From the IMG/VR virus record IMGVR_UViG_3300043434_000871, positions 3,347 to 67,346 of that record: 64,000 bases of DNA; one strand, given 5' to 3'. Positions 27,531 to 37,956 of the stretch are shown piece after piece; the stretch's first letter is position 1, and every line of letters starts with the position of its first letter. This stretch comes from a virus. A model generated the notes under the pieces. The model was not told where the DNA came from. It was given only the letters and a program-made list of their open reading frames with translations, and did no database searches. Position numbers and translations under genes: made by a program.

Positions 27531-28881
27531 TTTCTTCCCAGAAGGTAATACACCACTGCCCACAGATTCCGAGGAGCGTTCGCTACTCAAAGCCGTTTCG
27601 CTTCTTGAGACCATAGCTTCCGGTGGCGGGGGCGGAGGTGGGGGTGGCAGTCACAGCGGAAGCACTTTTTACGAAATTAAGTCCGCCAATTTCACCGCAG
27701 AGATCGGCAAGAACTACGCAGTGGATACATCATCAGGCGTTGTTTCCGTTACTCTTCCAACCAATCCGCAGACCGGAGAGGTTATTGGATTCGCCGATGC
27801 CAAAGGCACCTGGGCGACGAATGCCATCACTATTATTCGCAACGGTAAGAACATCGAAGGCTCGGAGATCAACTTTTCAAACAACGCCTCTGGAACATTT
27901 TTTGTTGTTCTCTTCATCGACAACACGACCGGATGGCGCGTCCTCACTAGCGGCACCAAGCCACTTAACCTCACGCCTCCAACAGTCAGCGGAACCTACG
28001 AGTTTACTTCGACCAATGGAACGTGGACCGGAAGCCCGACATCTTACTCTTACCAATGGCAACTCTCGACCAATGGCACATCGGGGTGGGCCAATATCTC
28101 TGGGGCGACCTCATCGACCTACACAGGACTTGAAGCCGACGAAGGTAAATATGTTCGCATCGGTGTTATTGCGACCAACTCTAACGGTCCGAGCACCGTG
28201 GTTTATTCCGCCGCGAGCAGCGCGATTGACATTCCTGATTTTCCAACGAGTGGGCTTTTGGCCTTCTGGAAGCTGAACGACAACGGCAGTGGTGGGTTGG
28301 ATTTGACGGACGCAAGCGGCAACAATAGAACGCTGACAAATACAAATGCGGTATCTCTCGGAACTGGGAGAATTGGTGGCGCTGCTGAATGGCCGACCCC
28401 GAAAACTGCGAGGCGTATTTTGACCATAAGCAATGCCGCCTTTGCCTTGGCTACTAACAACTTTACAATTTCGTGTTGGTTTAAGCCATCTTCTTTTAGT
28501 AATGACGATTTCAAAACGCTTTTTACATACGGGAATTCCCCTCGGATTCTCCCGATCTTCAAACCTACTGGATACTTTGAGTTAATTTTAGACGGCTCAG
28601 TATTGACCACCAACGCGACAGTCACTTTTGGCCAGTGGAACTTCTTATGTATAACAAGAAATAGCGGAAGCCTTGTTGCTCGCCTAAACACTACTGATGT
28701 TATTACAACATCATATAACGAGTCGTTAGGGCCACAAATTTCTTTTGGTGTAGCGAACGATGTCAGCAACTCCAATTTTTTATATGAAGGACAAATAGAC
28801 GCTTTTGGAGTGTGGAATCGCGTCCTCGCCGCAGAAGAAATTACTCAACTTTACAACAGCGGCAACGGAGTGGAGCCGTAA
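27523..28881 (+). CDS. Virion appendage protein with Ig-like and LamG/concanavalin-like domains
   Basis: Gly linker; GTWTGSPTSYSYQW; FTISCWFK...WNRVL...EITQLYN. Confidence 0.75.
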   Translation: MPNFFPEGNTPLPTDSEERSLLKAVSLLETIASGGGGGGGGGSHSGSTFYEIKSANFTAEIGKNYAVDTSSGVVSVTLPTNPQTGEVIGFADAKGTWATNAITIIRNGKNIEGSEINFSNNASGTFFVVLFIDNTTGWRVLTSGTKPLNLTPPTVSGTYEFTSTNGTWTGSPTSYSYQWQLSTNGTSGWANISGATSSTYTGLEADEGKYVRIGVIATNSNGPSTVVYSAASSAIDIPDFPTSGLLAFWKLNDNGSGGLDLTDASGNNRTLTNTNAVSLGTGRIGGAAEWPTPKTARRILTISNAAFALATNNFTISCWFKPSSFSNDDFKTLFTYGNSPRILPIFKPTGYFELILDGSVLTTNATVTFGQWNFLCITRNSGSLVARLNTTDVITTSYNESLGPQISFGVANDVSNSNFLYEGQIDAFGVWNRVLAAEEITQLYNSGNGVEP

Positions 28882-28886
28882 TCATT

Positions 28887-29399
28887 ATGGACTTAACAGC
28901 GATCAATTCAGCTATCGATGCGGCTTACGCTGACGCTCTCGTCAACGGTGGTCAAATGACTTTACCTCAAACAATCGCACAAAACGTCACACTTAGAATA
29001 GACTCCTATGTTGCTCCCGGCGGTTCAGGGTTTCGAGTAGTTGCGTGTGTCGTAGTCCCTGAAGCCAACTACACGGCAGTTCGCGTGAAGAACCACGGCC
29101 CTGATACCGACAGCGAACGCGAGTGGCCGAGCGAAGGCATCGAAGCCGCCGCCCAAGCCCACGTTGCGCGGTGCATTGAAGCGGGAGCCGACTTTGTGAA
29201 CCGAAGCGGCTTTGACGCCGACCGCAAAGTGATTCTCTTGAATAAACTGCTCAAAGCCAAACAGGACGGCACGGTTGCCGATTTTCCGAAACTGACCGCG
29301 CTCTATGTGTGGATGGAAACGGTTCAGGCAATGGCCGTGAGCGGGCAGACCTTTTTCCCCAAGGCACCGCACACTTTCGAAGAAGTCATCAAGGAATAA
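28887..29399 (+). CDS. Hypothetical protein (possible assembly chaperone)
   Basis: Directly follows the LamG gene. Confidence 0.55.
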   Translation: MDLTAINSAIDAAYADALVNGGQMTLPQTIAQNVTLRIDSYVAPGGSGFRVVACVVVPEANYTAVRVKNHGPDTDSEREWPSEGIEAAAQAHVARCIEAGADFVNRSGFDADRKVILLNKLLKAKQDGTVADFPKLTALYVWMETVQAMAVSGQTFFPKAPHTFEEVIKE

Positions 29400-29429
29400 T
29401 AACCGCACACGCGCTATAGTAAGCGCATC

Positions 29430-29621
29430 ATGTCGTATCGAGTCACGGTTGAAGAACTTCGCAAAGGCGCACCGCCCTTGCGGATGATTTCGCTCACGGG
29501 TGCGGATTGGCTTCAGGCGATCGACGCGGTGACCGAAGTGCTCTCCCGCGAGGACGGCTACTTCAACCAGGACGAGGAAGACAACACGGCCACTGAGCCG
29601 GATGATGAATTACTTTCATAG
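29430..29621 (+). CDS. Small acidic protein
   Basis: 63-aa ORF in the operon. Confidence 0.5.
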   Translation: MSYRVTVEELRKGAPPLRMISLTGADWLQAIDAVTEVLSREDGYFNQDEEDNTATEPDDELLS

Positions 29622-30579
29622 CGGGGATCTGGGAGATGTAATTTATGCCCTGCCCGCGATCAGGGCGCTGGGTAAAGGGGATCTATATCTGAACTCCCGT
29701 CCGTGGACCGCGAAGATGACGCCCGAGCGGGCCAACGTGCTTCGTCCGCTCCTCGAAGCCCAAGACTACATCGGCAAGGTGATTCACGGAGATGCGCCGA
29801 AGTCCGAATACGTAGTCAACTTCTCCACGTTCCGGAATGGCGGGCTGCTCTACGGCGTTAGCCTCATGGAGCTTCAGAGTGATTGGGTCAATGCCAATGC
29901 GGAGCCGGAGCCTTGGTTGAAGGTCGCGCCGTCGGCCAAATCCCGTGGCCGCATCGTTTGTCATCGCAGCCCGCGATATCACAATCCTTACTTCCGCTGG
30001 GACGAGATCGGCGAGAAGTTTGGCACACAGCTTCTTTTTGTCGGTCTGCCGCACGAGGTCGAAGAACTGCGGCGGGTCAGCAAGGTTCACGCGGAGTATG
30101 CGATCACCCATGACTACCTCGAACTCGCCCGGCTGATTGCAGGGGCGGATCTTTTTATCGGCAACCAATCATCCCCGATGGGCTTGGCGATTGGCCTCGG
30201 GGTGCCGTTTATCCAAGAGACATGCCTCTGGACGCCGGACTGTCTGTATCCGCGCAAGAATGGTTTCTATTGCTACGACGGCGGAATCCCGAGCCTGGAT
30301 ATCCCTGAGTTTATCCCGCCGCCGGATGTCGACCGGAATGTCCTGCCGCCGGGCGGATGGCAAGTGATCTCCCGTCGCACGGGGGAGCGCGTCACCTTCA
30401 AGAGTCACCGGCTCGCGACCAAGCACCTCAAGGGTTACGACCGCTACCTCAACGACGAATCCGCCGCCCAAGAGGTCGATCGGCAGAATGCGGTGCGCGT
30501 TCCACATCTGGTCCGGCGCGACTCCACGTTCCAAATCTTCGGAAAGGTTAAGCCGCTCGTGGAGGCGGTCTCTAAATGA
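29602..30579 (+). CDS. GT-B glycosyltransferase (GT9/heptosyltransferase-like)
   Basis: HSGDLGDVIYALPAIRAL; ADLFIGNQSSPMGLA. Confidence 0.75.
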   Translation: MMNYFHSGDLGDVIYALPAIRALGKGDLYLNSRPWTAKMTPERANVLRPLLEAQDYIGKVIHGDAPKSEYVVNFSTFRNGGLLYGVSLMELQSDWVNANAEPEPWLKVAPSAKSRGRIVCHRSPRYHNPYFRWDEIGEKFGTQLLFVGLPHEVEELRRVSKVHAEYAITHDYLELARLIAGADLFIGNQSSPMGLAIGLGVPFIQETCLWTPDCLYPRKNGFYCYDGGIPSLDIPEFIPPPDVDRNVLPPGGWQVISRRTGERVTFKSHRLATKHLKGYDRYLNDESAAQEVDRQNAVRVPHLVRRDSTFQIFGKVKPLVEAVSK

Positions 30580-31004
30580 ACGACGCCTGTAAAACCGGAG
30601 ACATCTCCGAGTCGATCTTCGCCACGCAAGCTCTCCGTCGGGGCTGGTGGGTTTACACGTCCAATGGTCATGCGCGGCCGGCGGATGCGATCGTGGTCCG
30701 ACCGCCGATGCGTCCGGTTTCTATCCAGATCAAGACCGCCTCGATCTATGCCGATCGTGACAATACTTATGGTGTGATGGTCTGCCGGGGGAGAGGTCCG
30801 GTCAAAGTGTCCTACCTTAAAGGTGACTTCGATATCTTGGCCGCGTGGTTACCGGACGTGGAGAAGTTTGTCTTCTGGCGATTTGACGAGATCGCCGAGC
30901 GGAAGAAAATTAACTATTCGCCGCGGCTGCATCGTCAGCCGGACAACTGGGATTTGTTGGAGACCCCATTTGAAGATATAATAACCCCACAACCATGCTG
31001 CTAG
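30576..31004 (+). CDS. PD-(D/E)XK endonuclease
   Basis: GDISE...ADAIV...IQIKT...DFDILAAW. Confidence 0.7.
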   Translation: MNDACKTGDISESIFATQALRRGWWVYTSNGHARPADAIVVRPPMRPVSIQIKTASIYADRDNTYGVMVCRGRGPVKVSYLKGDFDILAAWLPDVEKFVFWRFDEIAERKKINYSPRLHRQPDNWDLLETPFEDIITPQPCC

Positions 31005-31750
31005 TCCTTCCTGTCTCCAAGGCCGACCTGAAGCTCGCCACCGCTCTGGCTGGCCATCTGGAGCTATTGGGCGGTCTGTCGCGCCACAAGCTCTTGGTCG
31101 TCGGAACCCTCCAGACCAAGGACGAAGCCGCCGCCTTGAAAGAGAGACTGGCCCCGCTCTTTGCCTCGGCTGACCTCTTTGTTCCGGATTCCGAGTGCGA
31201 ACTCGGCTGGCCCCAGAGTGCCAACCATCTCTGGGCGCGGACCGTCCGCCACCTCCAACACAGCGGGAACAAGGACATCTGGTATTGGTTCGAAGCCGAC
31301 AACACCCCGATCCGGGAAGATTGGCTCGACGCCATCGAGACCGAATACAATCAGGCTCAGAAGCCTTACCTCGGGGCGGTGCAGCCGACGCGGATGCTCG
31401 ATCGCAAGTCGGGCGAGTTCGTCAAAGTCGATGGCGAGCATGTCATCGGCACTTGTGTTTATCCGGCCGATTTCCACGGCCGCTCGCTCCTTTGGAGCTA
31501 TGTCCGTCTCGATGACGGCCCGAATGTCGAACCCTTCGACGTGTATCTCCGCCATGAGATGCGCCCGAACACGGCTGTATCACAGTTGATACACAACAAC
31601 TGGCGCACCAAGAATTACGAGATCGGCCCGAGAGGCGAGATTTACTGCGATCCGATCGACGACCTCTCGGTCTACGGACCCGTGCCGGCCGATGCCGCCG
31701 TCGTTCACGGCTGCAAAGACGGCTCCCTTATAGAAGCCCTGCAAAAATGA
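30995..31750 (+). CDS. Putative GT-A-like glycosyltransferase
   Basis: WYWFEAD (DxD-like), PFD and VVHGCKD. Confidence 0.5.
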   Translation: MLLVLPVSKADLKLATALAGHLELLGGLSRHKLLVVGTLQTKDEAAALKERLAPLFASADLFVPDSECELGWPQSANHLWARTVRHLQHSGNKDIWYWFEADNTPIREDWLDAIETEYNQAQKPYLGAVQPTRMLDRKSGEFVKVDGEHVIGTCVYPADFHGRSLLWSYVRLDDGPNVEPFDVYLRHEMRPNTAVSQLIHNNWRTKNYEIGPRGEIYCDPIDDLSVYGPVPADAAVVHGCKDGSLIEALQK

Positions 31751-34071
31751 CCAATTCCGAACTAGCACCCCTCGAAATCCTCGGCCTCGACGAAAATGGA
31801 AAGGCTCCGAAGATGCGCGTCGACAACGTCAATTCGGCGCGGTCGATCTACAAAGCGATCAAAGACAGCGACCAAGGATCCTCCAAGAACCGCGCCCTGG
31901 TCGATGCCATGTTCAACGGCGCACCTCCGTTCAACCAGCAGGATTTGATCGAGATGGGCCAAGGCGAGCGGACGAACCTCGACTTCGGTGAAGCGGCCGC
32001 ACTTAAGGAGCAAGCCCTGGCCGGATACTACGACCTGACGAGTTCGGTCGATGTCATGGCGCGGATCACGATCGACTACGGCTCCCCCGAGCAGAAGGTC
32101 GAATGGGAGCGGGTCTTGGCCGAAGAATTTCACCGCACGCTCAAAGAGTGGCAGGAGTTTGAGTTCAACCATCAGATGTTGGCCGACCAGTTCGTCTCGC
32201 ACGGTGTCGGCATCTGTTACTTCGAGGATGAAGTCGATTGGCGCTGGCGGGTGGCTGGGCTTTCCGAGTTCCGGATTCCACGGGGAACACGCGCCTCGGA
32301 GTGGGAGATCGAGGTGGCGACGGTCGACCGCGAGTATCAAGCCCACCAGTTATACAAATTTATCGAAGACCCGGAAGTGGCGAAAGATCTCGGGTGGAAC
32401 GTGAAGATGGTGAAGCAGGCGCTTATCCGGGCCTGTCGAGACTCCAGCTTCCAAGAGGCCGGTGAGTGGGAAAAACTCGAAGTCGAACTCAAGAACAACG
32501 ACCTCCTTTACGGCAACAGCCGCGGCAAGAAAGTGCATGTCGTGCACATGTGGGTCCGCGAGTTCGACGGCAAGGTCTCGCATCTGATTTTCCTCAAGGA
32601 TCCGATCGGCTCGGACGAGAACGCCAAGGGGGAAGATTTTCTTTTCAAGCGGGCCAACCGCTTTGCCGCCCCGACCAACTGCTTTGTTACCTTCTGCTAC
32701 GGGGTCGGCAACGGCACTTACCACGGCATCCGCGGCCTTGGATACAAGGTGTATCCGCACATCCAGCTACTCAATCGCCTCCGCTGCGGCATGGTCGATG
32801 GCGCTTTGCTCTCGTCGGCCTTGATCGTCCAGCCGGGCGACAACGGCTCCCGTGCCCTCGAAGACCTGACCCTTTCCTATTACGGCCCCTATGCGCTGTT
32901 CCCGCCAGGGCTGAAGATCGTCGACAAGGCGATCCCCAACTACCAGCAGAACCTCATCCCGGTCTTGAACGACCTGACGATGAACATGCAGAACCGCACG
33001 GTCGGCTACCAGTCGCGGGCGATGACGGGGGATGGTCAGGCACGGACGGCTTACGAGGTGCGGGCGCAACTTCAGCAGGAGGCGGTGCTCGGAGCGGCGG
33101 CGATCAATCTTTTTTACCATCCCTGGAAACGTCTCCTTCGTGAGGCATACAGGCGGTTAGTGGCGCGTGATTATGCCGCTAACGAGCCTGGCGGTCGCGA
33201 GGCTGTGGAGTTCAAGCGGCGGTGCATGGCGCGGGGAGTGCCGGAGGAGGCGATCCATCGGTTTAGCGCCGTCGAGCCCGTGCGGGCCATCGGCTACGGG
33301 AGTCCGGGGATGCGGAGTGCGGCCATCGACGAGACGATGCAAGTCTTTGGGTCGCTCGACGAAGCTGGCCGGATCAATCTTCTTCGCGATCGCATCGCTG
33401 CGAGATTCGGGCAGGAAGTGGTCGACCGCTATCTGCCGTCGCCGACCACGACGCTTCGCACGCCGATCGACGACAAGATTGCCCTCCTCGAAAACGCGAC
33501 GATGACGGCTGGCACCGGATTGCCGGTTTCCTCGGGCGAGAACCATTTCATCCACGCTTCGCGTCACCTGACCGCGCTCGATGGGTTGGATCAGGCGGTG
33601 TCCCAAGGCCAAGCCGATCCTGCCGCCGCGCTTCAGGCTTACCAGACCATGCTCCCGCATCTCGGCGAGCACTTGCAGTTGTTGGCCCCCGATGTGGCGC
33701 GGCAGGACCAGATCGCGCTCATGCGCCAGCGGTTCCAGCAACTCAATGCTTCGGCGCAGCGTTTGGCCGACGAGTTGCAGGCCGCTATCGAGCAGCAAGC
33801 CAAAGCGCAGGAGGCCGAGCAGATGCGGGCCATTGAGGCCGAGCGGGCGAGGATTGCCCAGATGGAGCAACAACTGGCCGAAGCGCAGATGCTTTCCCCC
33901 AAGGCGCAGGCCGATTTGATGGAACGCCGGGCCAAGTTGCAGATGCAGATCGAGAAACACCAAGCCGATATGCAGATGAAGCAGGCCAAGACGATGCAGG
34001 AGCTTGCCCTCAAGGATGCCAAAACCGCCGCGGAGATCACCCCGACCGCGGCACAACCGATGATGCCCTGA
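31747..34071 (+). CDS. Portal protein
   Basis: 774 aa; GxG motif, RTAYEV, coiled-coil C-terminus; position in the head operon. Confidence 0.7.
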   Translation: MTNSELAPLEILGLDENGKAPKMRVDNVNSARSIYKAIKDSDQGSSKNRALVDAMFNGAPPFNQQDLIEMGQGERTNLDFGEAAALKEQALAGYYDLTSSVDVMARITIDYGSPEQKVEWERVLAEEFHRTLKEWQEFEFNHQMLADQFVSHGVGICYFEDEVDWRWRVAGLSEFRIPRGTRASEWEIEVATVDREYQAHQLYKFIEDPEVAKDLGWNVKMVKQALIRACRDSSFQEAGEWEKLEVELKNNDLLYGNSRGKKVHVVHMWVREFDGKVSHLIFLKDPIGSDENAKGEDFLFKRANRFAAPTNCFVTFCYGVGNGTYHGIRGLGYKVYPHIQLLNRLRCGMVDGALLSSALIVQPGDNGSRALEDLTLSYYGPYALFPPGLKIVDKAIPNYQQNLIPVLNDLTMNMQNRTVGYQSRAMTGDGQARTAYEVRAQLQQEAVLGAAAINLFYHPWKRLLREAYRRLVARDYAANEPGGREAVEFKRRCMARGVPEEAIHRFSAVEPVRAIGYGSPGMRSAAIDETMQVFGSLDEAGRINLLRDRIAARFGQEVVDRYLPSPTTTLRTPIDDKIALLENATMTAGTGLPVSSGENHFIHASRHLTALDGLDQAVSQGQADPAAALQAYQTMLPHLGEHLQLLAPDVARQDQIALMRQRFQQLNASAQRLADELQAAIEQQAKAQEAEQMRAIEAERARIAQMEQQLAEAQMLSPKAQADLMERRAKLQMQIEKHQADMQMKQAKTMQELALKDAKTAAEITPTAAQPMMP

Positions 34072-34072
34072 T

Positions 34073-34291
34073 ATGGCCGAACGTAACTTTCGACGCGAAT
34101 ACGACACCTACCATGCCTCTCCGATCCAAAAGAAACGGCGAGCGCAGCGTAATGCGGCACGGCGCAAGATGACCAAGCTCGGCCATGTTCGTAAAGGCGA
34201 CGGCAAGGACGTGCACCATCAGAATGGCATGAGCAATCATCGCAGCAACCTCGCCGTGTTGCCCCGCAGCGTGAACCGGAGTATTAAATAA
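34073..34291 (+). CDS. Small HNH-type protein
   Basis: RAQRNAARR...GDGKDVHH...SNL...NRS. Confidence 0.75.
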   Translation: MAERNFRREYDTYHASPIQKKRRAQRNAARRKMTKLGHVRKGDGKDVHHQNGMSNHRSNLAVLPRSVNRSIK

Positions 34292-34292
34292 G

Positions 34293-34529
34293 ATGCCAGA
34301 TTATTATCCCGAAAATAACATCCCCTTACGCGAGGATTACACCGAGAGGTCGTTGCAGAAGATCAATGCCATCCTGCACGCGGCGAGTCCGGTATGGGAC
34401 GACATAAATCTGACCTACGACGGCAACGGCAACCTGACCCAAGCCGTCTTCAAGGCGGGGGGTTCGGTGATCCAGACGACCAACCTCACCTACACGAATA
34501 ATAACCTCACAAGAGTGCAACGTAGCTGA
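34293..34529 (+). CDS. Small virion protein with the shared N-terminal motif
   Basis: MPDYYPENNIP...ERSLQK; LTYDGNGNL. Confidence 0.65.
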   Translation: MPDYYPENNIPLREDYTERSLQKINAILHAASPVWDDINLTYDGNGNLTQAVFKAGGSVIQTTNLTYTNNNLTRVQRS

Positions 34530-35989
34530 TGCCCTTTAAGTTCAACATTTTTACCGGCAACCTCGACGTTGTCGAAGCTCCGCCCGATCAATACATCGAC
34601 GGCGAGGTCGAATACCATAGCAACCTGCCGGTGACGGTGGGCACCCCGTTGATCAATAGTGCCTTCCTCGTCCGCAAGGGCGAGGGGTTATACTTTGTGA
34701 ACCGCAAGCCGAGCGGGATCTGGGTGCGGGAGACGAACAACGGCAATTTGGACGACTGGAAATACGCGGGGACATTCAGTGATTTGTATCGTGATGCCAA
34801 TTTCCGCATCATCAACAATGCTGATGCCAGCAAAGAGTTGGCCTTCGATGTCAGCGGAGTTACCTCGGGGCAGACCCGCACTCTGACTGTGCCGGACAAG
34901 TCTGGCACGATAGCCACCACCGACGCCGCCGACCTCACCAGCGGCACCCTCGCCGATGCGCGGCTGTCGAGCAATGTCGCCCGCCGCGACGCGGCCAACA
35001 CCTTCAGCGCCAACCAAACGCTCAACGGCACCAACAACGTCGCGCCGAACCAAACGGCGGCGAGTGGCAGTTCGATCATGACGCGGGACTTGGCCGATGA
35101 GCGACTGTTCATGCGCTCCAATGCGCGGACGTGGCCGATTATTGGCTCCGCATTAACCACCTCCAACAGCGGCAGCGGTGGTGCAATCGCAAACGGGCCG
35201 ATCATTCTTGTAACGACCGGATCAACAGTCAACAGCGTTGGTTGTGGCAGTTTTATGAACACGCGAATGCCAGCGATGATTCCGCATGGGGTAATGAGTG
35301 CTGGCGGTTACGGCGGCATACCGGCGCAAAGGGGCGTTTTGTTCGATTTCGCAGTGACCATCGGGGCTTCCCCGGTCACTACGGGCGTCGTGCGGGCCGC
35401 AACACACCCCATGTCCGCGACGGATTTTATCTGCACGCAGGGTTGGCAGTTGCGGTTTGAATACACCAACACCTCCAACGTGCAGGCACGTTTTGCCACG
35501 CGCATCAATCCGTCGTTGCAGAACGCGCCGACCATCACAGGAGCGACCAACGCATCGCCAATCGTCATCACGACTAGCGCGGCGCATGGATTGAGCAATG
35601 GCGACACCGTGGAGGTCGGGCAAGTGGGCGGCAACACGGCAGCCAATGGCATCTGGACTGTGGCCAGCGTGACTGCCACGACCTTTGAGTTGCAAGGATC
35701 GACGGGCAACGGCGCTTACACATCGGGCGGGGGCGTGCAGCGCGTGAGCGGCGTTTTAGTTTCCGGTTTTACAGGGTTGTTTCGCGCATTTGTGCGATGG
35801 AATGGTGGGACGGCATCGCTGGTCATCGGCGACGACCCGCTGGCCAGTCCGGTGTCCAGCTTTAGCGTGAACACGAATTCAGGTAACTTTGCGCTAAACG
35901 GCCTTTCTCTCCGCGCCAACAACACGGTCGCGCAAAATATAGGCCATAACGGTATATGGCTTGGCCCGTGTTACGTGAGCGTTCGCTGA
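34529..35989 (+). CDS. Tail fibre/appendage protein with FCCH-like beta domain
   Basis: LTSGTLADARLS; ITGATNASPIVITTSAAHGL. Confidence 0.7.
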   Translation: MPFKFNIFTGNLDVVEAPPDQYIDGEVEYHSNLPVTVGTPLINSAFLVRKGEGLYFVNRKPSGIWVRETNNGNLDDWKYAGTFSDLYRDANFRIINNADASKELAFDVSGVTSGQTRTLTVPDKSGTIATTDAADLTSGTLADARLSSNVARRDAANTFSANQTLNGTNNVAPNQTAASGSSIMTRDLADERLFMRSNARTWPIIGSALTTSNSGSGGAIANGPIILVTTGSTVNSVGCGSFMNTRMPAMIPHGVMSAGGYGGIPAQRGVLFDFAVTIGASPVTTGVVRAATHPMSATDFICTQGWQLRFEYTNTSNVQARFATRINPSLQNAPTITGATNASPIVITTSAAHGLSNGDTVEVGQVGGNTAANGIWTVASVTATTFELQGSTGNGAYTSGGGVQRVSGVLVSGFTGLFRAFVRWNGGTASLVIGDDPLASPVSSFSVNTNSGNFALNGLSLRANNTVAQNIGHNGIWLGPCYVSVR

Positions 35990-35994
35990 TTTTT

Positions 35995-36381
35995 ATGACC
36001 CTAAAACTCTCACAAAACACCCTCACCCGCTACGTCACCCGATCGGGCTACGCCGCTGCCGAGAACGTGCCGCTAGTCGGCGACCTCGCCGCTGTGGCCG
36101 ATGGACTGCTCGCATGGCTCTCGGCACAACTTGCGGAGGGCGAGGCGTTGGCCGATGTGGTCCTCGAGCCATCGGGCCAAGTGGCGACCGCCTACGAGGT
36201 CGGCACGGACGACGAGGGCAACGAAGTGCAGACGCCGGTGGAGTTCCGCAGCGTGTTGAGCGCGGCGGTTTCCGTGACGGCTCCGCAGGGGGCAAGGACT
36301 TTTGTGGCGTCGAGTGAGAGCCTGCCGACCGAATTGCGTGATAACTTGATCTTAGCTTGGGGACATTTGCTTCAACCCTAA
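35995..36381 (+). CDS. Hypothetical protein (possible fibre chaperone)
   Basis: Follows the fibre gene. Confidence 0.5.
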   Translation: MTLKLSQNTLTRYVTRSGYAAAENVPLVGDLAAVADGLLAWLSAQLAEGEALADVVLEPSGQVATAYEVGTDDEGNEVQTPVEFRSVLSAAVSVTAPQGARTFVASSESLPTELRDNLILAWGHLLQP

Positions 36382-36399
36382 CCCTGCCGCATATTAGCA

Positions 36400-36699
36400 A
36401 TGAATGTTTCCGACCCGCTCAACTATGGAATCGACCCGACGGGAGGCATGGCTTCCGGTCGGCGCAGTGCTGGCTTGGCCAAGATGAGTCTCGAAGGTGA
36501 GAGGCTGGCGCGGTTGGAGACCAAGGTTGATCTGATCTTGGAGCACCAAGAGATGTTCCGGAAGTTGTTTGAGAAGCACGACGACCGCCTGAAGCACCTG
36601 GAGAATACCAAGGCGAGCATCTACGGCATCGCGGCGGCGATCGGGGCGATGTCGGCCTTTGTGATGGACTCGGCCAAAACTTTTTTTCTGCATAGATAA
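36400..36699 (+). CDS. Coiled-coil protein with C-terminal TM (XhlA/holin-like)
   Basis: RLARLETKVD...IYGIAAAIGAM; start may be further downstream. Confidence 0.55.
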   Translation: MNVSDPLNYGIDPTGGMASGRRSAGLAKMSLEGERLARLETKVDLILEHQEMFRKLFEKHDDRLKHLENTKASIYGIAAAIGAMSAFVMDSAKTFFLHR

Positions 36700-36722
36700 T
36701 AACCCCATAACCAAAACTTAAC

Positions 36723-36899
36723 ATGGACATCCTACACCTCCTACACACCCTGCAATCCCTCAACTGGCTCGAAGTGCTGGGCGCGGTGAACACGCTTTTG
36801 GCGGCGTTGATCGTGATCTTTGCTTTGATCCCCGGCGAGCAACCGGAAAAGGCGCTGCGAGCTTTGGCCGCATTCATCGGCCGGTTCTCCCGCAAATGA
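36723..36899 (+). CDS. Holin candidate (58 aa)
   Basis: Hydrophobic helix VNTLLAALIVIFALIP, basic C-terminus; in the lysis cluster. Confidence 0.6.
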   Translation: MDILHLLHTLQSLNWLEVLGAVNTLLAALIVIFALIPGEQPEKALRALAAFIGRFSRK

Positions 36900-37078
36900 A
36901 AGACCGCTCGCTCGTCTGGATCGCGGCCCTCGTGGGAGCCACCGCGGCGGTGCTGCTGCTCACGGGCTGCGCCACGCCGAAGATCGGCTTCGGCTACGAC
37001 TTTTTGAACAAGCGCATTACGATGACCGTCGAGCCGCAATACCGTGACGGGAAAACCGTGGTAGCCCCGAGCCGGTGA
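36896..37078 (+). CDS. Small lipoprotein (spanin-like)
   Basis: Lipobox LTGC. Confidence 0.6.
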   Translation: MKDRSLVWIAALVGATAAVLLLTGCATPKIGFGYDFLNKRITMTVEPQYRDGKTVVAPSR

Positions 37079-37656
37079 ACCAGACGCAGATCAAGATTAT
37101 TCAGGAAACGGTCGGCACGGAGCCCGATGGGTTCTGGGGACCGAAGTCTATTGCCGCGACTCAGCGGTATCTGCGGTCGCTGATGCCGAAGCCGAATCCT
37201 TGGCCGAAGCAGGATCAGATAAGTCTCACGATGTTCTACGGTTCGGCGGGCAATGTGCCTCTGGCCAAGGTCGGTGTGCCGTATAAGATGTATCTCTACA
37301 ACGGGCCGGAGACGGTGCGGTCGCTCACGATTCACGAGAAGCTGGCGGCAAGTCTGGAGCGTATCCTGCAAGAACTCGGCAAGCGGTATAAGACTGAGGA
37401 GGACCGCACGGCGGCGGGGATCAACAGGTTCTTCGGGACGTATGTGGTCCGCAATATGAGGGGCGGCAGCTTGCCGAGTCTGCACGCTCGGGCGGCGGCG
37501 ATTGATTTTGACTACAATCGAAACGGCAACCACACCCACTGGCCGACGAGGTCGAACATGCCTTTGGCGGTGATGGAAATTTTTGCAAGAGAAGGCTGGC
37601 TTTCGGCGGGGGCGTTCTGGTCCAGGGACGCGGCTCATTTTCAAGCTACCACGTAA
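37075..37656 (+). CDS. Endolysin, peptidase M15 family
   Basis: DGFWGPKS peptidoglycan-binding motif; SLHARAAAID and DAAHFQ. Confidence 0.85.
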   Translation: MNQTQIKIIQETVGTEPDGFWGPKSIAATQRYLRSLMPKPNPWPKQDQISLTMFYGSAGNVPLAKVGVPYKMYLYNGPETVRSLTIHEKLAASLERILQELGKRYKTEEDRTAAGINRFFGTYVVRNMRGGSLPSLHARAAAIDFDYNRNGNHTHWPTRSNMPLAVMEIFAREGWLSAGAFWSRDAAHFQATT

Positions 37657-37665
37657 TAACTCCAC

Positions 37666-37953
37666 ATGAAACATACGCCTAACAGCTACCGCAGGTCGGA
37701 GCTCCTCCAAGCCTCACTGGCCGAAACGCTTAAACAGAACCACGTCCAGATCGCACTCCAAGTGCTCCGCGAACTCGGGGAGCCGGCCGAATTGCCCGTG
37801 CCGGGCGAGGTCGATTTTTTGATTTTCAACGCGATGCAGAACGCCCGGCGCGAGGGCTTCTTCCACGCGCTGCGTTCCCTCGAAGCCTTGGCCACGCCGA
37901 TCAAGGTGGCCCCCTCGACCAAAGATCTCATGCCGAATCTGGTCGAAGAATAA
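37666..37953 (+). CDS. Hypothetical head-associated protein
   Basis: Precedes the scaffold gene. Confidence 0.6.
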   Translation: MKHTPNSYRRSELLQASLAETLKQNHVQIALQVLRELGEPAELPVPGEVDFLIFNAMQNARREGFFHALRSLEALATPIKVAPSTKDLMPNLVEE

Positions 37954-37956
37954 TTT

